The notes under the pieces were generated by a model, which saw only the letters and a list, made by a program, of their open reading frames with translations, was not told where the DNA came from and made no database searches. DNA of 64,000 bases from an uncultured delta proteobacterium (lineage in GTDB: Bacteria; Myxococcota; Myxococcia; Myxococcales; Anaeromyxobacteraceae): the NCBI GenBank assembly GCA_963828255.1, contig CAWHDZ010000034.1, forward strand, positions 64,001 through 128,000, given 5' to 3'. The first letter of the stretch is position 1. Each line of letters starts with the position of its first letter. Of the stretch, positions 41,246-52,838 are shown piece after piece. The position numbers and the translations under genes were made by a program.

Positions 41246-42691
41246 TCAGAACGGCGACTTCACGAGCTTCCAGGTGGGGCTGTTGACCGCCATGTCGATG
41301 TCGCGGGCGAAGACCGAGAACCCCTGGTAGGCGTGGTAGGGCCCCGAGTAATCCCAGCTGTGCATCTGCCGGAAGGGCAGCCCCATCTTCTGGAACAGGT
41401 ACTTTTCCTTGATTCCGCTGCCCACCAGGTCGGGCTTGAGCTCCTTCACGAAGTGCTCCAGCTCGTGCTCCGAGGCGTCGTCGTAGATGACGGTCGCCTC
41501 GGGCATCTCCGGCATGGTCCGCTCGTAGTCGTCGCCGTGCGCGAACTCGTACCCGGCGCCGACCACCACCATGCCCAGGTCCTCGTAGGCGCCCACGGTG
41601 TGGCGGGGACGCAGGCCGCCCACGTAGAGCATCACCTTCTTGCCCTCGAGCCGTGGCCGGTACTCGTCCACCACCTTCTGCATGATGGGGTCGTACTTCG
41701 CGATGACCTTCTCGACGTTCTCCCGGATCCGGTCGTCGAAGCGCTCGGCGATCATCCGCAGGGACTTCCTGATGTTGGTGGGGCCGAAGAAGTTGAACTC
41801 CACCCAGGGGATCCCGTACTTCTCCTCCATCACCCGGCACATGTAGTTCATGGACCGGTAGCAGTGGATGAGGTTCAGCTTCACCCGGTGGGTGGCGGCG
41901 ATGCGCTCCATCTCGCCGTCGCCGGTCCAGGTGGCCTTCACGTTGAGGCCGATCTCGGCGAGCAGGTCCTTGGCCGACCAGACGTCGCCGCCGATGTTGT
42001 AGTCGCCGATGAGGGCGATGTCGTAGGGGGTCTCGGGCTCGACGAACTCGCGGGTCTCGATGATGTAGTCGCGGATGGTGTCGTTGGAGATGTGGTGGCC
42101 GAGCGACTGGGAGACGCCGCGGAATCCCTCGCAGTTGCAGGGGATGACCGGGATGTCGAGCTCCTTCGTCATCTTCTTGGCGACGGCGTTGATGTCGTCG
42201 CCGATGAGCCCCACCGGGCACTCGGAGAGGACCGAGATGCCCTTGGCCAGCGGGAAGAGCTCCTTGGCCTCCTTGAGCAGCACGGCGAGCTTCTTGTCGC
42301 CGCCGTAGACGATGTCCTTCTCCTGGAAGTCGGAGGTGAACTGCATGCCGAACTGGGACACGCCGTTCTTCCCGGTCATCAGATTTCGCCGGGTGCCCCA
42401 CGAGTACCAGCCGCAGCCGACCGGCCCGTGGGACACGTGCACCATGTCGCGGATTGGGCCCCAGACCACGCCCTTGGCGCCCGCATAGGCGCAGCCACGG
42501 GCGCTCATCACGCCGGGGACGGTCTTGCGGTTCGACTTCACGCAGGACGCGGCGGCCTCCGGGTCGTTGGGGGCGAGGTGCGGGGCCCGCTTCTTCCGCC
42601 CCTTCTCCGGGTAGGCCTCCAGCGCCTCGTCGATCATCTTCTGCGTCGACTCCCGGGTGATGCCATCGACCTTCTTGGCCGCGTCCGACAT
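41246..42691 (-). CDS. nifD: Nitrogenase MoFe protein alpha chain
   Basis: [36 protein letters not shown] (FeMo-co Cys), GGLRPRH, QMHSWDY (FeMo-co His). Confidence 0.99.
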   Translation of the reverse strand: MSDAAKKVDGITRESTQKMIDEALEAYPEKGRKKRAPHLAPNDPEAAASCVKSNRKTVPGVMSARGCAYAGAKGVVWGPIRDMVHVSHGPVGCGWYSWGTRRNLMTGKNGVSQFGMQFTSDFQEKDIVYGGDKKLAVLLKEAKELFPLAKGISVLSECPVGLIGDDINAVAKKMTKELDIPVIPCNCEGFRGVSQSLGHHISNDTIRDYIIETREFVEPETPYDIALIGDYNIGGDVWSAKDLLAEIGLNVKATWTGDGEMERIAATHRVKLNLIHCYRSMNYMCRVMEEKYGIPWVEFNFFGPTNIRKSLRMIAERFDDRIRENVEKVIAKYDPIMQKVVDEYRPRLEGKKVMLYVGGLRPRHTVGAYEDLGMVVVGAGYEFAHGDDYERTMPEMPEATVIYDDASEHELEHFVKELKPDLVGSGIKEKYLFQKMGLPFRQMHSWDYSGPYHAYQGFSVFARDIDMAVNSPTWKLVKSPF

Positions 42692-42719
42692 GGTCCGCCT
42701 CCTCGTTCCCTGGTGTTCG

Positions 42720-44231
<1,512 letters not shown>

Positions 44232-44235
<4 letters not shown>

Positions 44236-45773
44236 AACCGCTCCACCTGGATCCCGAACTTGGCGACCCGGTAGCGAAGCTGGCGCACGGTCATTCCGAG
44301 CAGCCGCGCGGCGCGCGCCTGCACGTGCCCCGCCCGCTCCAGCGCGTTCAGGATGCGCTCCTGTTCCGAGTCCCCGGAGTCGACGACCCGATCCGGGACG
44401 GCGAGGCTTTCGGCCCGCGGCTCCGGCGGCGCCTCGCAGGGGGGCGTCGTGGCGCGGAGCCAGTCGAGGTCGTCGGCCGAGACCGGACCCTGCCCGTGGG
44501 AGACGGTGAGCCGCTCCAGCACGTTGCGCAGCTGCCGCACGTTTCCCGGCCAGTCGTAGCGGCCCAGGGCCGCCATGGCCTCGCGGGAGAGGGACAGGCG
44601 ACGGCCGTGCTCCCGCTCCAGGTCGGCGAGCAGGAAGTCCACCAGGACCGGCACGTCGTCGCGCCGCTGCCGGAGCGGCGGGAGGACGATCTCCACCACC
44701 TGCAGCCGGTGGTAGAGGTCGATGCGGAACGACCCGCTCCGCACCGCCTCCTCCAGGTCCCGGTTGGTGGCGGCCACGAGGCGCACGTCCACGGTGATGC
44801 TCCGCGTCCCGCCCACCCGCTCGAACTGCCGCTCCTGGATGGCGCGCAGGAGCTTCACCTGCGCCGGGAGGGGAAGCTCCCCCACCTCGTCGAGGAAGAG
44901 CGTCCCGCCGTCGGCCAGCTCGAAGCGGCCGGCGCGCGCGGCGGCCGCCCCGGTGAAGGCCCCGCGCTCGTGGCCGAAGAGCTCGCTCTCCAGCAGGGCC
45001 TCGGGCAGCGCCCCGCAGTTCACCGCCACGAAGGGGCGGCCGGCCCGCGGCCCCTCGTCGTGGATGGCGCGGGCCACCACCTCCTTGCCCGTGCCGCTCT
45101 CGCCGCGGAGCAGCACCGTGGCCCGGCTCTGCGCCACCCGATCCACCACGTCGAGGACGCGGCGCCACGCCGTGCTTCCCCCGATGGCTCCGGGGAAGCG
45201 GTCGCGGCCGGCCACGAGCACCGGGGAGTCGTTGCGCGCCCGGACCAGGGGATTCTCGGCGCGGTGCAGCCGCACCCGGGTGGCCAGCATCGAGGCGACG
45301 GTGGTGAGCACGCGCAGGTCGGCGTCGAAGGAGAAGGGGCCGGCCGCCCAGCGGCGCTCGGCGGTCAGCACACCCAGCGTGGATCGGACCTCGCGGAGCG
45401 GGACGGCGTAGAGGGCCCGCGGTTCGCGCGACCTGCCGCGCCAGCTCCCGGTCCGATCGAGGAAGGCCGGCTCGTCGGCGAGGTCGGGGATGGCCACCGG
45501 CAGGCCGGTGTGGAAGACCCGGCCGACGATCCCCTCCCCGGGGCGCAGCCGCCCCAGGATGCGCTCCTCGTCGGGCATCTCCGGCGCCGCCTCGATGAAG
45601 ACCTCCCCGGTCACCGGGTCGAAGAGCGAGACGGTTCCGTTCTCCAGTTCCAGGTGCGATCGCAGGATCTGGAGCACCGTGGTGAAGGCCTTGGACAGGT
45701 CGGTCGCCAGCACGAGAAGCTGCCCGATGTCGTGAAGCGCCTCGACGGCGACGGCTGCGCGCCGGGGGTCCAT
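44232..45773 (-). CDS. nifA: NifA-like sigma54 enhancer-binding protein (GAF-AAA+-HTH)
   Basis: N-terminal GAF (GEGIVGRV), GESGTGKE, GAFTGA, WPGNVRQL, HTH VQARAARLLGMTVRQLRYR; adjacent to nifH. Confidence 0.9.
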
Positions 45774-45785
45774 GGAGCGAGAGGG

Positions 45786-45802
45786 AGCAACTTGGGTGCC
45801 AA
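45786..45802 (-). promoter_or_regulatory. sigma54 promoter of nifA
   Basis: TTGGCACCCAAGTTGCT, near-consensus. Confidence 0.85.
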
Positions 45803-45923
45803 CCCGCGGAGCACCGGTCTTGCAAAGGAAGCCTGTCCTGGGCCGATCGGCGACGACCGACCGGCCCGGCTGCCCGCTTTCCCGGCGGGCCGACACGAAA
45901 GCCTGCCTGCCCGGCGGGCAGGG

Positions 45924-46721
45924 GTGGGCTTGAACCTCACGTCGTTCAACCGGTGCAACCTCCCGCCCTGGGCCATCGCGTCGCGCGACTTCGACGAGAA
46001 CCCGCGCCCGCTCGAGGTGCAGGGCGTCCGGGCGGAGAACCGCTTCCTCTTCGACCTGCTCGAGCGGATCGACGACCCCGACGAGCGCGGCCGGCGCTTC
46101 GACGACTGGATGAACGTGCGCTTCCAGCTCCACCAGTGGGAGGCCCAGGAGACGGCCGGCGCGCGCCGCAGCCTCCGCAACGGCTACCCGCGCTTCCTGC
46201 GCGGCTGGGGAGTCGATTCCAGCTCGGTGGAGGGGGCCGTGCTGAAGGGCTGGGTGGAGAGCCGCATGGGCATCCCGCCCACCTTCCACCGCGAGCCGCT
46301 CGGTGACGCCGAGTCGCCCTCCCGGGAACGCTACGTGGCCGACCGGACCCGCGGCCACGCCAGGACGAGCGCCATCGACGCCCAGCTCGACCTGCTCTAC
46401 ACGTACACCCAGTACGAGCTCTCGCGCCGCCATCCCGGGGAGCGCTGGATCACCCTGTGGCGCGGGCAGAACCGGCTCGAGGACCACGACGTGGTGGAGG
46501 AGATCGGACGGCGCGAGTGGGTGCTGCGCATGAACAACCTCTGCTCCTTCACCGACGACCAGGAGCGGGCCTGGGAGTTCGGCGACGCCGTCCTGGAGGC
46601 CCGGCTGGCGAGGGGGCGCGTCTTCTTCGCCGGCCACTTCCTGCCCCGGTCGGTGCTGCGCGGCGAGCGCGAGCTCCTCGTGGTGGGCGGGGAGATCCGG
46701 GTGCGGCGGCTCCTGGCCTAG
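45924..46721 (+). CDS. draT: NAD+--dinitrogenase-reductase ADP-ribosyltransferase
   Basis: NRCNLPPWAIAS, FLRGWGVDSSSVEGAVLKGWVESRMG..PTFH, QLDLLY, NNLCSFT, AWEFGD, GEREL; start is GTG 45924 or TTG 45930. Confidence 0.93.
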   Translation: MGLNLTSFNRCNLPPWAIASRDFDENPRPLEVQGVRAENRFLFDLLERIDDPDERGRRFDDWMNVRFQLHQWEAQETAGARRSLRNGYPRFLRGWGVDSSSVEGAVLKGWVESRMGIPPTFHREPLGDAESPSRERYVADRTRGHARTSAIDAQLDLLYTYTQYELSRRHPGERWITLWRGQNRLEDHDVVEEIGRREWVLRMNNLCSFTDDQERAWEFGDAVLEARLARGRVFFAGHFLPRSVLRGERELLVVGGEIRVRRLLA

Positions 46722-47635
46722 GGATCCGGCGGCTCCCCCTGGCCGAGCGGCGACAGGGCCACCAGCCGTTCGGCGAGCCACTCCGCCTCCTCCCGCACCT
46801 CGGGGTCGAGCCGCGTGAGCCACCGCCGCGGGATCTCGTCCGGGCCGTAGTAGGCCCCGGCGATGGCTCCGGCGATGGCTCCGTTGGTGTCGGCGTCGCC
46901 GCCCCGGTTCACCACGCCGACGAGCGTCTCCTCGAAGCCGCGCGAGGCATGCAGGTGGTGGAGCACGGTGGCGATGGTCTCCACCACGTAGCCCCCCGAC
47001 AGCCCGCGGTATGGGGAGAAGGCGAACTCGGGAAGGGCCCGCACGAAGGCCTCGGAGGCCCGGCGGAGGCGCGGCAGGCCCAGCCCCAGGCAGGAGAGGT
47101 GGAGGAGCTCGCCCACGTGCACGCAGGCGGCGTCGGAGAGCGGGTGGTGGTGGGTGAGGCGCCCCTGCTCGACCGCTGCGCGGCGCATGGCCTCGTGGTC
47201 GGCCAGGGTGGCGAGGGCCACCGGCAGCATCCGCATGGCGGCGCCGTTGCCCGCGTCGCCGGGGCTGGGCTCCCCCGTGAGCGTGCCCTCCACGACGAAG
47301 CGGCGCAGTCCCCGCCGCACGGTGTTGCCCACGTCGGCGGGGCCGGTGCGCAACCAGGCGGCCAGGTGGACCGCCGAGCGGCGCAGGTCCCAGCCGCCGC
47401 CGTTCGCGATGGCGCGCCCCATCCAGATCGACATCTGGGTGTCGTCGGTGACGGCTCCGGGTCGGAGGCGCAACCATCCGCCGCCGGTGATCTCCCGGTG
47501 AACCCCGTGAAGGGCGCGGATCTCGCCGGGGAGCATGAACTCGACCGTGGCGCCCAGCGCGTCGCCCAGGGCGAGCCCCAGGAAGGCCCCGCGGGCCCGT
47601 TCGCGGACGTCGTCCATGCCGGGGAGGAAGGTCAT
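46718..47635 (-). CDS. draG: ADP-ribosyl-[dinitrogenase reductase] glycohydrolase
   Basis: [53 protein letters not shown]. Confidence 0.93.
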   Translation of the reverse strand: MTFLPGMDDVRERARGAFLGLALGDALGATVEFMLPGEIRALHGVHREITGGGWLRLRPGAVTDDTQMSIWMGRAIANGGGWDLRRSAVHLAAWLRTGPADVGNTVRRGLRRFVVEGTLTGEPSPGDAGNGAAMRMLPVALATLADHEAMRRAAVEQGRLTHHHPLSDAACVHVGELLHLSCLGLGLPRLRRASEAFVRALPEFAFSPYRGLSGGYVVETIATVLHHLHASRGFEETLVGVVNRGGDADTNGAIAGAIAGAYYGPDEIPRRWLTRLDPEVREEAEWLAERLVALSPLGQGEPPDP

Positions 47636-47647
47636 CCCCCTGGCCGT

Positions 47648-47664
47648 TGCGAATGTCGGGCCAG
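47648..47664 (-). promoter_or_regulatory. Putative sigma54 promoter of draG
   Basis: CTGGCCCGACATTCGCA (GG-N10-GC) ending 12 nt before ATG 47635. Confidence 0.5.
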
Positions 47665-47771
47665 CGTCCGCGGAGCCCTCACCTGTCAGATCGGGTTGCT
47701 ACCTTTCCCCTCGCATCGTCCCGCTCGAACAATCCGCTCGCAGCCAGGCGACGAAATGGAAGGGTTTCGCC

Positions 47772-48251
47772 ATGGTCAACAAGGTCATCCTCATCGGGAA
47801 CCTGGGCAAGGATCCCGAGGTCCGCTACACCGCAGGCGGCCAGGCCGTCGCCAACCTGCGCATCGCCACCTCCCGCTCCTGGACCGACAAGGCGTCGGGG
47901 CAGAAGAAGGAGGAGACCGAGTGGCATGACGTCGAGGTCTGGGGCAAGCAGGCCGAGCAGGTCGGCGAGTACCTGGCCAAGGGGCGCCAGGTCTACGTCG
48001 AGGGGCGGCTCAAGACCGACAAGTGGCAGGACAAGACCTCGGGGCAGGAGCGGTCGCGCGTGAAGATCGTCGCCGACTCGGTCCGGTTCCTCGGCGGTGG
48101 CGGCGCGGGCGCGGGCGGCGCGCGTGGAGCGGGCGGGGCGGGCGGCGGGCAGCGCGGCCCCGGTGCTCCGGACGAGGGCGGTGGTCCTCCGGCCGGCTTC
48201 GACGAGGGGCCGGGCGGCGGCGGCCCCGGCGCCGACGACATCCCGTTCTAG
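47772..48251 (+). CDS. ssb: Single-stranded DNA-binding protein
   Basis: [33 protein letters not shown], Gly-rich linker, C-terminal DDIPF. Confidence 0.98.
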   Translation: MVNKVILIGNLGKDPEVRYTAGGQAVANLRIATSRSWTDKASGQKKEETEWHDVEVWGKQAEQVGEYLAKGRQVYVEGRLKTDKWQDKTSGQERSRVKIVADSVRFLGGGGAGAGGARGAGGAGGGQRGPGAPDEGGGPPAGFDEGPGGGGPGADDIPF

Positions 48252-48263
48252 GCGTGCCGGTCA

Positions 48264-48446
48264 TAGCGCCGCCCGGTTGGCCCGAGCCCGTCGCGAGGCA
48301 CACGATGCCGTCGGCGAGCCGGGCACCCGACGACGGAGCAGCGGAGGCGTGCCAGTCAGGCACGTCGAGCAGCGGACGGAGGAGGCTGCCCGGCGCAGCA
48401 AGGCAGCGTGCGCCGCAGCAGGGATCTGGCCAACCGGTCGGCGCTC
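48264..48446 (+). mobile_element. 183-bp non-autonomous MITE-like hairpin element (family B, copy B2)
   Basis: Same length and about 91% identity to B1 by manual count; TCA direct repeat on both sides (48261-48263, 48447-48449). Confidence 0.88.
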
Positions 48447-48857
48447 TCACTCCCCCGGCGGGGCGATGATGTCCAGCCGGGGGAAGTAGGTCCGGAAGCG
48501 GCTCGCGTCCCGGGTGAGGAGGCGGTGGCCGCACACGGCGGCGTGCGCGCCGATGTAGAAGTCGGGGAGCGGCGAGCGCGCTTGCCCTCCCCGTCTCCGG
48601 TAAGCCCGGAAGGCCTTTCCTGCGAGGAAGGCCGCGTCGTACGGGAGTTCCTCCCGCCTGAAGGTGCCCTCCGGCAGCAATTGATCGACATCCTCGATCC
48701 GATCGAACCCCACCGAGACCTCTGCGTAGACGATCGGGTTCACCACCAGCATCTCGACGGTGGACACGCGCTCGAGGGCTGCCCGCGACCAGGCGCCCCA
48801 CACCGGATCGTCGGTCACGACGTCGATGAGGACGTTGCTGTCGACGATGGCCGTCAC
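48447..48857 (-). CDS. vapC: PIN-domain toxin, VapC family
   Basis: IVDSNVLID, VYAEVS, PLPDFYIGAHA, LLTRD; GTGA overlap with the antitoxin gene. Confidence 0.92.
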   Translation of the reverse strand: MTAIVDSNVLIDVVTDDPVWGAWSRAALERVSTVEMLVVNPIVYAEVSVGFDRIEDVDQLLPEGTFRREELPYDAAFLAGKAFRAYRRRGGQARSPLPDFYIGAHAAVCGHRLLTRDASRFRTYFPRLDIIAPPGE

Positions 48858-49090
48858 GGTTCACCGCGCGTGAGTGCCATGAGCTCGTCGGTGCTCATCC
48901 TGGGCTTCGGTCCGCTCCGCAGCAGCGCCACGATCCGGGCCCCTCGTCCCGGCGTGATCGGCTCGGGCGCCCGGCGGATGCGCACCGCGTCCCCGACCAG
49001 CTCGAACTCAACCTCCGTTCCCGGCAGGAGCCCCGCCTTCTCCCGGAATGCCTGCGGGATCGTCACCTGTCCCTTGCTGGTGATTCGCAT
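48854..49090 (-). CDS. AbrB/MazE/SpoVT-family antitoxin (VapB-type)
   Basis: MRITSKGQVTIPQAFREKAGLLPGTEVEF...MSTDELMALTRG; SD GAGGAG. Confidence 0.92.
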   Translation of the reverse strand: MRITSKGQVTIPQAFREKAGLLPGTEVEFELVGDAVRIRRAPEPITPGRGARIVALLRSGPKPRMSTDELMALTRGEP

Positions 49091-49104
49091 GATCGGTCTC
49101 CTCT

Positions 49105-49147
49105 TACTCTTACCAGTAAGAGTACGACCAAGCGCCGGCCCGTGCAA
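49105..49147 (-). promoter_or_regulatory. TA promoter with overlapping autorepression operator
   Basis: TTGCAC-N17-TACTCT; perfect palindrome TACTCTTAC-CA-GTAAGAGTA (49105-49124) covering the -10. Confidence 0.75.
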
Positions 49148-49152
49148 CGCCC

Positions 49153-49824
49153 TCACCTCCTCCACCTCCCCGCCTCGACGAAGCTGAAGTAGCCCCCGGC
49201 GGCCACGATGACGTGATCGCGGGCCACCACCCCGACGAGCTCCGCCGCCGCGCGCAACCGCTCGGTGAGGTCGGCGTCCTCGGCGGAGGGCGAGGGGTCT
49301 CCCGACGGGTGGTTGTGGACGAAGATCACGCCGTGGGCCCCGTCGCGGACGGCGGGCCGGAGCGCGTCGCGGGGCGAGACCGGGCACTGGGTGAGCGACC
49401 CCTCGGCCACCCGCTCGGCCCGGATGAGCCGCCCCCGGACGTCGAGCATCACCACGTGGAAGCACTCCCGGTCGGCGTGGGCGGCGGGGCGCATCAGCTC
49501 GGCCACGCGCCCGGGCTCGAGCACGCGCTCCCCCCGTCGCGGCGGGGCCCAGGCCCCGCGCCGCCCCAGCTCGAAGGCGGCCGCCAGCGCCGCGGCGCGC
49601 GCCGGCCCCACGCCGGGGTGGACGGCCAGCGCCTCGGGAGGGCACCAGGCCAGCTCGGGCACCGGCGACGACTCCACCATCCGGAGGGCCGCGGCCCGCG
49701 CCGAGAGGCGCCCGGACCCCGTGCCCAGCACCAGCGCCACCAGCTCCGCGTCGGAGAGCACCGACGGGCCCGAGGCGAGCATCCGCTCGCGGGGGCCGTC
49801 CACGATCCAGGTTCCGGAACGCAT
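49153..49824 (-). CDS. radC: RadC-like JAB/MPN-domain protein
   Basis: PRERML, LSDAELVALVLGTG, HhH GVGPARA, HNHPSGDPSPSAED, DHVIV. Confidence 0.93.
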   Translation of the reverse strand: MRSGTWIVDGPRERMLASGPSVLSDAELVALVLGTGSGRLSARAAALRMVESSPVPELAWCPPEALAVHPGVGPARAAALAAAFELGRRGAWAPPRRGERVLEPGRVAELMRPAAHADRECFHVVMLDVRGRLIRAERVAEGSLTQCPVSPRDALRPAVRDGAHGVIFVHNHPSGDPSPSAEDADLTERLRAAAELVGVVARDHVIVAAGGYFSFVEAGRWRR

Positions 49825-49839
49825 GCGGCGGCGAGACGG

Positions 49840-49856
49840 AGCAACCTCCGTACCCG
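49840..49856 (-). promoter_or_regulatory. Putative sigma54 promoter of radC
   Basis: CGGGTACGGAGGTTGCT (GG-N10-GC with TTGCT) 15 nt before ATG 49824. Confidence 0.45.
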
Positions 49857-49876
49857 CCGCCGATGGTCGATCGACT

Positions 49877-49914
49877 GGAGTCCGTGCCGGCCACGGGGGC
49901 GCGGCGCGGACTCC
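49877..49914 (-). terminator. Hairpin downstream of yceI
   Basis: GGAGTCCGTGCCG / CGGCGCGGACTCC 13-bp stem; no U-tract. Confidence 0.45.
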
Positions 49915-49927
49915 CGGTGCGTCCCGG

Positions 49928-50518
49928 CTACTTCTTGGGGAGGACGAGCTCGGCCTGGATGTCGAGCTTCACCTCGTCGCCGACGATGGCCGCAGGACCG
50001 TAGGACACCCCGAAGTCCTTGCGGTTCAGCTTGCCGGTGACGGAGACGCCCCGGCGGCTGTTGCCCTGGGGGTCGGTGATGGCGTTCGTGATCGCGCCCT
50101 CGAGGGTGACGGGCTTGGTGACGCCGCGCATGGTGAGGTCCCCGGTCACGGTGATGGCGCCGTCCTTGCCGGCCACGACCTTCGTGGACTTGAAGGCCAG
50201 GGTGGGGAACTTCGCCACGTCGAAGAAGTCAGCCGCCTTGAGGTGGTTGTCGCGCTTCTCGTCGCGCGTGTTGATGGAGCCGGCCTCGATGGTCACCTCG
50301 ATGCTCGACTTCGAGAGGTCCGCCTCGTCGACCTGCGCCTTGCCGGAGAGCTTGCCGAACTCGCCCTTCACGTCGGAGATGACGAGGTGCTTCACGCTGA
50401 AGCCGGCGCGGGTGTGCGAGCCGTCGACGTTCCAGGTGGTGGCCTGGGCGGAGGCCAGGGCGGGGGCCAGGGCGAGCGCCAGGGCGGTGATGCGGGTCAT
50501 CCGGTTCGTGAGGTTCAT
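49928..50518 (-). CDS. yceI: YceI-family periplasmic lipid/polyisoprenoid-binding protein
   Basis: Signal peptide, WNVDGSHT..GFSVKHL, SINT..EKRDNHLK..DFFD, GDLTMRGVTKPV, RKDFGV. Confidence 0.93.
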   Translation of the reverse strand: MNLTNRMTRITALALALAPALASAQATTWNVDGSHTRAGFSVKHLVISDVKGEFGKLSGKAQVDEADLSKSSIEVTIEAGSINTRDEKRDNHLKAADFFDVAKFPTLAFKSTKVVAGKDGAITVTGDLTMRGVTKPVTLEGAITNAITDPQGNSRRGVSVTGKLNRKDFGVSYGPAAIVGDEVKLDIQAELVLPKK

Positions 50519-50838
50519 GTGCGGCTTCTCCTGTGTGGTTTGGACTTCCTGGGTGGGGCGAAGGTCTTGCCGAGGAGCGCGGCGTGCGCGCCGAGCGCGT
50601 CGCCCCGCAGGCTGTACCAGCCGTGCTGCCCCTCGCGGCGCACCGAGACCAGCCCGGCCCCGGCGAGGATCTTCAGGTGGTGCGAGACGGTGGCCTGCGA
50701 GACCGGGAAGAGGGTGACCAGGTCCTTGCAGCAGATCTCGCCCGCGGCGGCGATGCGGCGCAGCAGGTCGAGCCGGGTGGAATCTCCCAGGGCCTTGGCC
50801 ACGCGCACCAGGCGCTCGCTCGCCGTGTCCATCGACAT
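50515..50838 (-). CDS. ArsR/SmtB-family transcriptional regulator
   Basis: KALGDSTRL, EICCKDL, SQATVSHHLKILAGAGLV..RREG. Confidence 0.93.
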   Translation of the reverse strand: MSMDTASERLVRVAKALGDSTRLDLLRRIAAAGEICCKDLVTLFPVSQATVSHHLKILAGAGLVSVRREGQHGWYSLRGDALGAHAALLGKTFAPPRKSKPHRRSRT

Positions 50839-50855
50839 ATCGATATGCGTCGATG
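50830..50855. promoter_or_regulatory. ArsR-type operator overlapping the regulator's start
   Basis: CATCGAC-ATATCGATAT-GC-GTCGATG nested inverted repeat; TTGACG -35-like hexamer further upstream. Confidence 0.65.
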
Positions 50856-50913
50856 TAATGCGGCGCGGCGCGCCGTCAAGCGGATCGACCGGCCGAGCCC
50901 GTCCAGGCCCTGA

Positions 50914-52002
50914 TCAGGAGGCGAGGAACCGCTCCAGGGCCAGGTAGGCGGCCTCGATGGCGGCCACCTCCACCCACTCGCCCCGCTGGTGCGCCTGGGC
51001 CGTCACGCCAGGCCCGAAGTTCACCGCCGGGATCCCGGCCGCGGCCAGCCGGGCCACGTCGGTCCAGGCCTGCTTGGGCTCGACCGCGAGGCCGCCCCGC
51101 TCGCGCAGCCGGGCCACCAGCGGGTGGTCGGCGAAGGCCGGGCAGGACGGGGCCCGGTCGGTCACCACCACGGCCGCGCCGTGGCGCCGGCCCAGCTCCT
51201 CGACCTCCCGGACCGCGTCCTCCACGGAGCGGTCGGGGGCGAAGCGCAGGTTCACGTTCAGCGTGCAGGCGTCCGGGATCACGTTGCGGGCCCGCCCCCC
51301 CTCGACACGGGTGACCGACGTCACCTCGCGGAAGGGCAACCCCCCCGAGACGGCGTCGCGCGGCGCGCGGGCCTGGAGCTCGACGAGCAGCGCCCCGGCC
51401 CGGTGCACGGCGTTCTCGCCCTGCCAGGGGCGCGCCGAGTGGGCCGCACGCCCGGTGAAGGTGAGGGTGGCGTGGAGCGATCCAACGCAGCCCAGCGCCA
51501 GCCGCCCGTCGGTGGGCTCGAGGCAGACGGCCAGCGCCGCGCCGTGCAGCTCCGGCGATCGCTCCAGCAGGGGGCCGAGCTCGTTCTCGAGGTAGGGCCC
51601 CTCCTCGCGGGAGTAGAGCACCAGCGCCAGGTCGGCGATGCGGGCCTCCCGGGGCAGGCGCGCGGCCAGCTCCATCGCCACCGCCAGCCCGGACTTCATG
51701 TCCGACGCGCCGGGCGCGACGATGCGCCCGCCCTCGCGGCGCGGCGGGCCGCGGTCCTCGGGGTGCACCGGAACCGTGTCGAGGTGGCCGCACAGGGCCA
51801 GGAGCGGCCGGTCGGCGCCGGCCGGTCCGGGCGGATCTACCATCACGACGAGTGAATTCTCCACCCGGCGGACGTGGGGGAAGCGCCCCCGCGCCCAGCT
51901 CTCCAGGTCGTCACAGAGCACCCGCTCCTCGCCGATGGGCGAGGGCACGGCGCAGAGCGCCTCGGTGCGCGCGGAGAGCGCCTCGCCGAGCGGGACCGTC
52001 AC
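50914..52002 (-). CDS. dapE: Succinyl-diaminopimelate desuccinylase (M20)
   Basis: GHLDTVP, GASDMKSG, REE, AHSARPWQGENA, WTDVARL, NFGPG...AH; operon with dapD and dapC. Confidence 0.9.
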   Translation of the reverse strand: MTVPLGEALSARTEALCAVPSPIGEERVLCDDLESWARGRFPHVRRVENSLVVMVDPPGPAGADRPLLALCGHLDTVPVHPEDRGPPRREGGRIVAPGASDMKSGLAVAMELAARLPREARIADLALVLYSREEGPYLENELGPLLERSPELHGAALAVCLEPTDGRLALGCVGSLHATLTFTGRAAHSARPWQGENAVHRAGALLVELQARAPRDAVSGGLPFREVTSVTRVEGGRARNVIPDACTLNVNLRFAPDRSVEDAVREVEELGRRHGAAVVVTDRAPSCPAFADHPLVARLRERGGLAVEPKQAWTDVARLAAAGIPAVNFGPGVTAQAHQRGEWVEVAAIEAAYLALERFLAS

Positions 52003-52838
52003 GCCGAGACCTCGAACTCCCGCAGGGCGTCGTTGAGCGACACCTTCTTGTCGGTGGCCTCGCTGCGCCGCCCCACGATGAGGGCGCAGGGGATCTGGTA
52101 GGTGCCCGCCGGGTATCTCTTGGGGCGCGTCCCGGGGATGACCACCGAGCGGGCCGGGACCCGCTTCTTCAGCACCACCTCGGACGGGCCGGTGACGTCG
52201 ATGATGGGCGTGGAGCCGGTGATGACCACGTTGGCGCCCAGCACCGACCCCTCCTCGACCAGCACCCCCTCGACCAGGATGCAGCGGCTGCCGATGAAGC
52301 AGTCGTCCTCGATGATGTTGGGGCGGGCTCCGGGCGGCTCGAGCACGCCGCCGATTCCCACGCCGCCGGCCAGGTGCACGTTCTCCCCCACCTGCGCGCA
52401 GGACCCCACCGTGGCCCAGGTGTCCACCATCGTGCCCCTGCCCACGCGGGCGCCGATGTTCACGAAGCCGGGCAGGACCACCGCCCCGGGCGCCACGTAG
52501 GCCCCGTAGCGGACGATGCCGCCGGGCACGATGCGGATGCCGGCCATTTCCAGATCTTTCTTGAGCGGGATCTTGTCACGGATCTGGAAGGGGCCGTAGT
52601 CCTGGGTCTCCATGGTGGTGACGGCGAAGTAGAGGTTCACGGCCTGCATGAGCCAGCCGTTCACGGCCCACTCGCCCCCGGCCTTCTCGGCCACCCGCAA
52701 TTCTCCCCGGTCGAGCCCGGCCACCGCGGCCAGCACCGCCTCCCGGTGTGCCGGGTCGGAAAGCCTCGACCGGTCGGCCCAGGCCGCCTCCACGAGACGC
52801 CGCACCCCGTCCACCGCCGTCACCGGACCGTTCGCCAT
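51999..52838 (-). CDS. dapD: 2,3,4,5-tetrahydropyridine-2,6-dicarboxylate N-succinyltransferase
   Basis: LDRGELRVAE, DKIPLK, TMVDTWATVGSCAQVG, GVGIGGVLEP, IIEDDCFIG, SLNDALR. Confidence 0.96.
   Translation of the reverse strand: MANGPVTAVDGVRRLVEAAWADRSRLSDPAHREAVLAAVAGLDRGELRVAEKAGGEWAVNGWLMQAVNLYFAVTTMETQDYGPFQIRDKIPLKKDLEMAGIRIVPGGIVRYGAYVAPGAVVLPGFVNIGARVGRGTMVDTWATVGSCAQVGENVHLAGGVGIGGVLEPPGARPNIIEDDCFIGSRCILVEGVLVEEGSVLGANVVITGSTPIIDVTGPSEVVLKKRVPARSVVIPGTRPKRYPAGTYQIPCALIVGRRSEATDKKVSLNDALREFEVSA

Noticed and set aside
45807..45824. Possible sigma54 promoter for draT (GAGCAC-N5-TTGCA)
   Set aside because: The invariant -24 GG is AG; too weak to call
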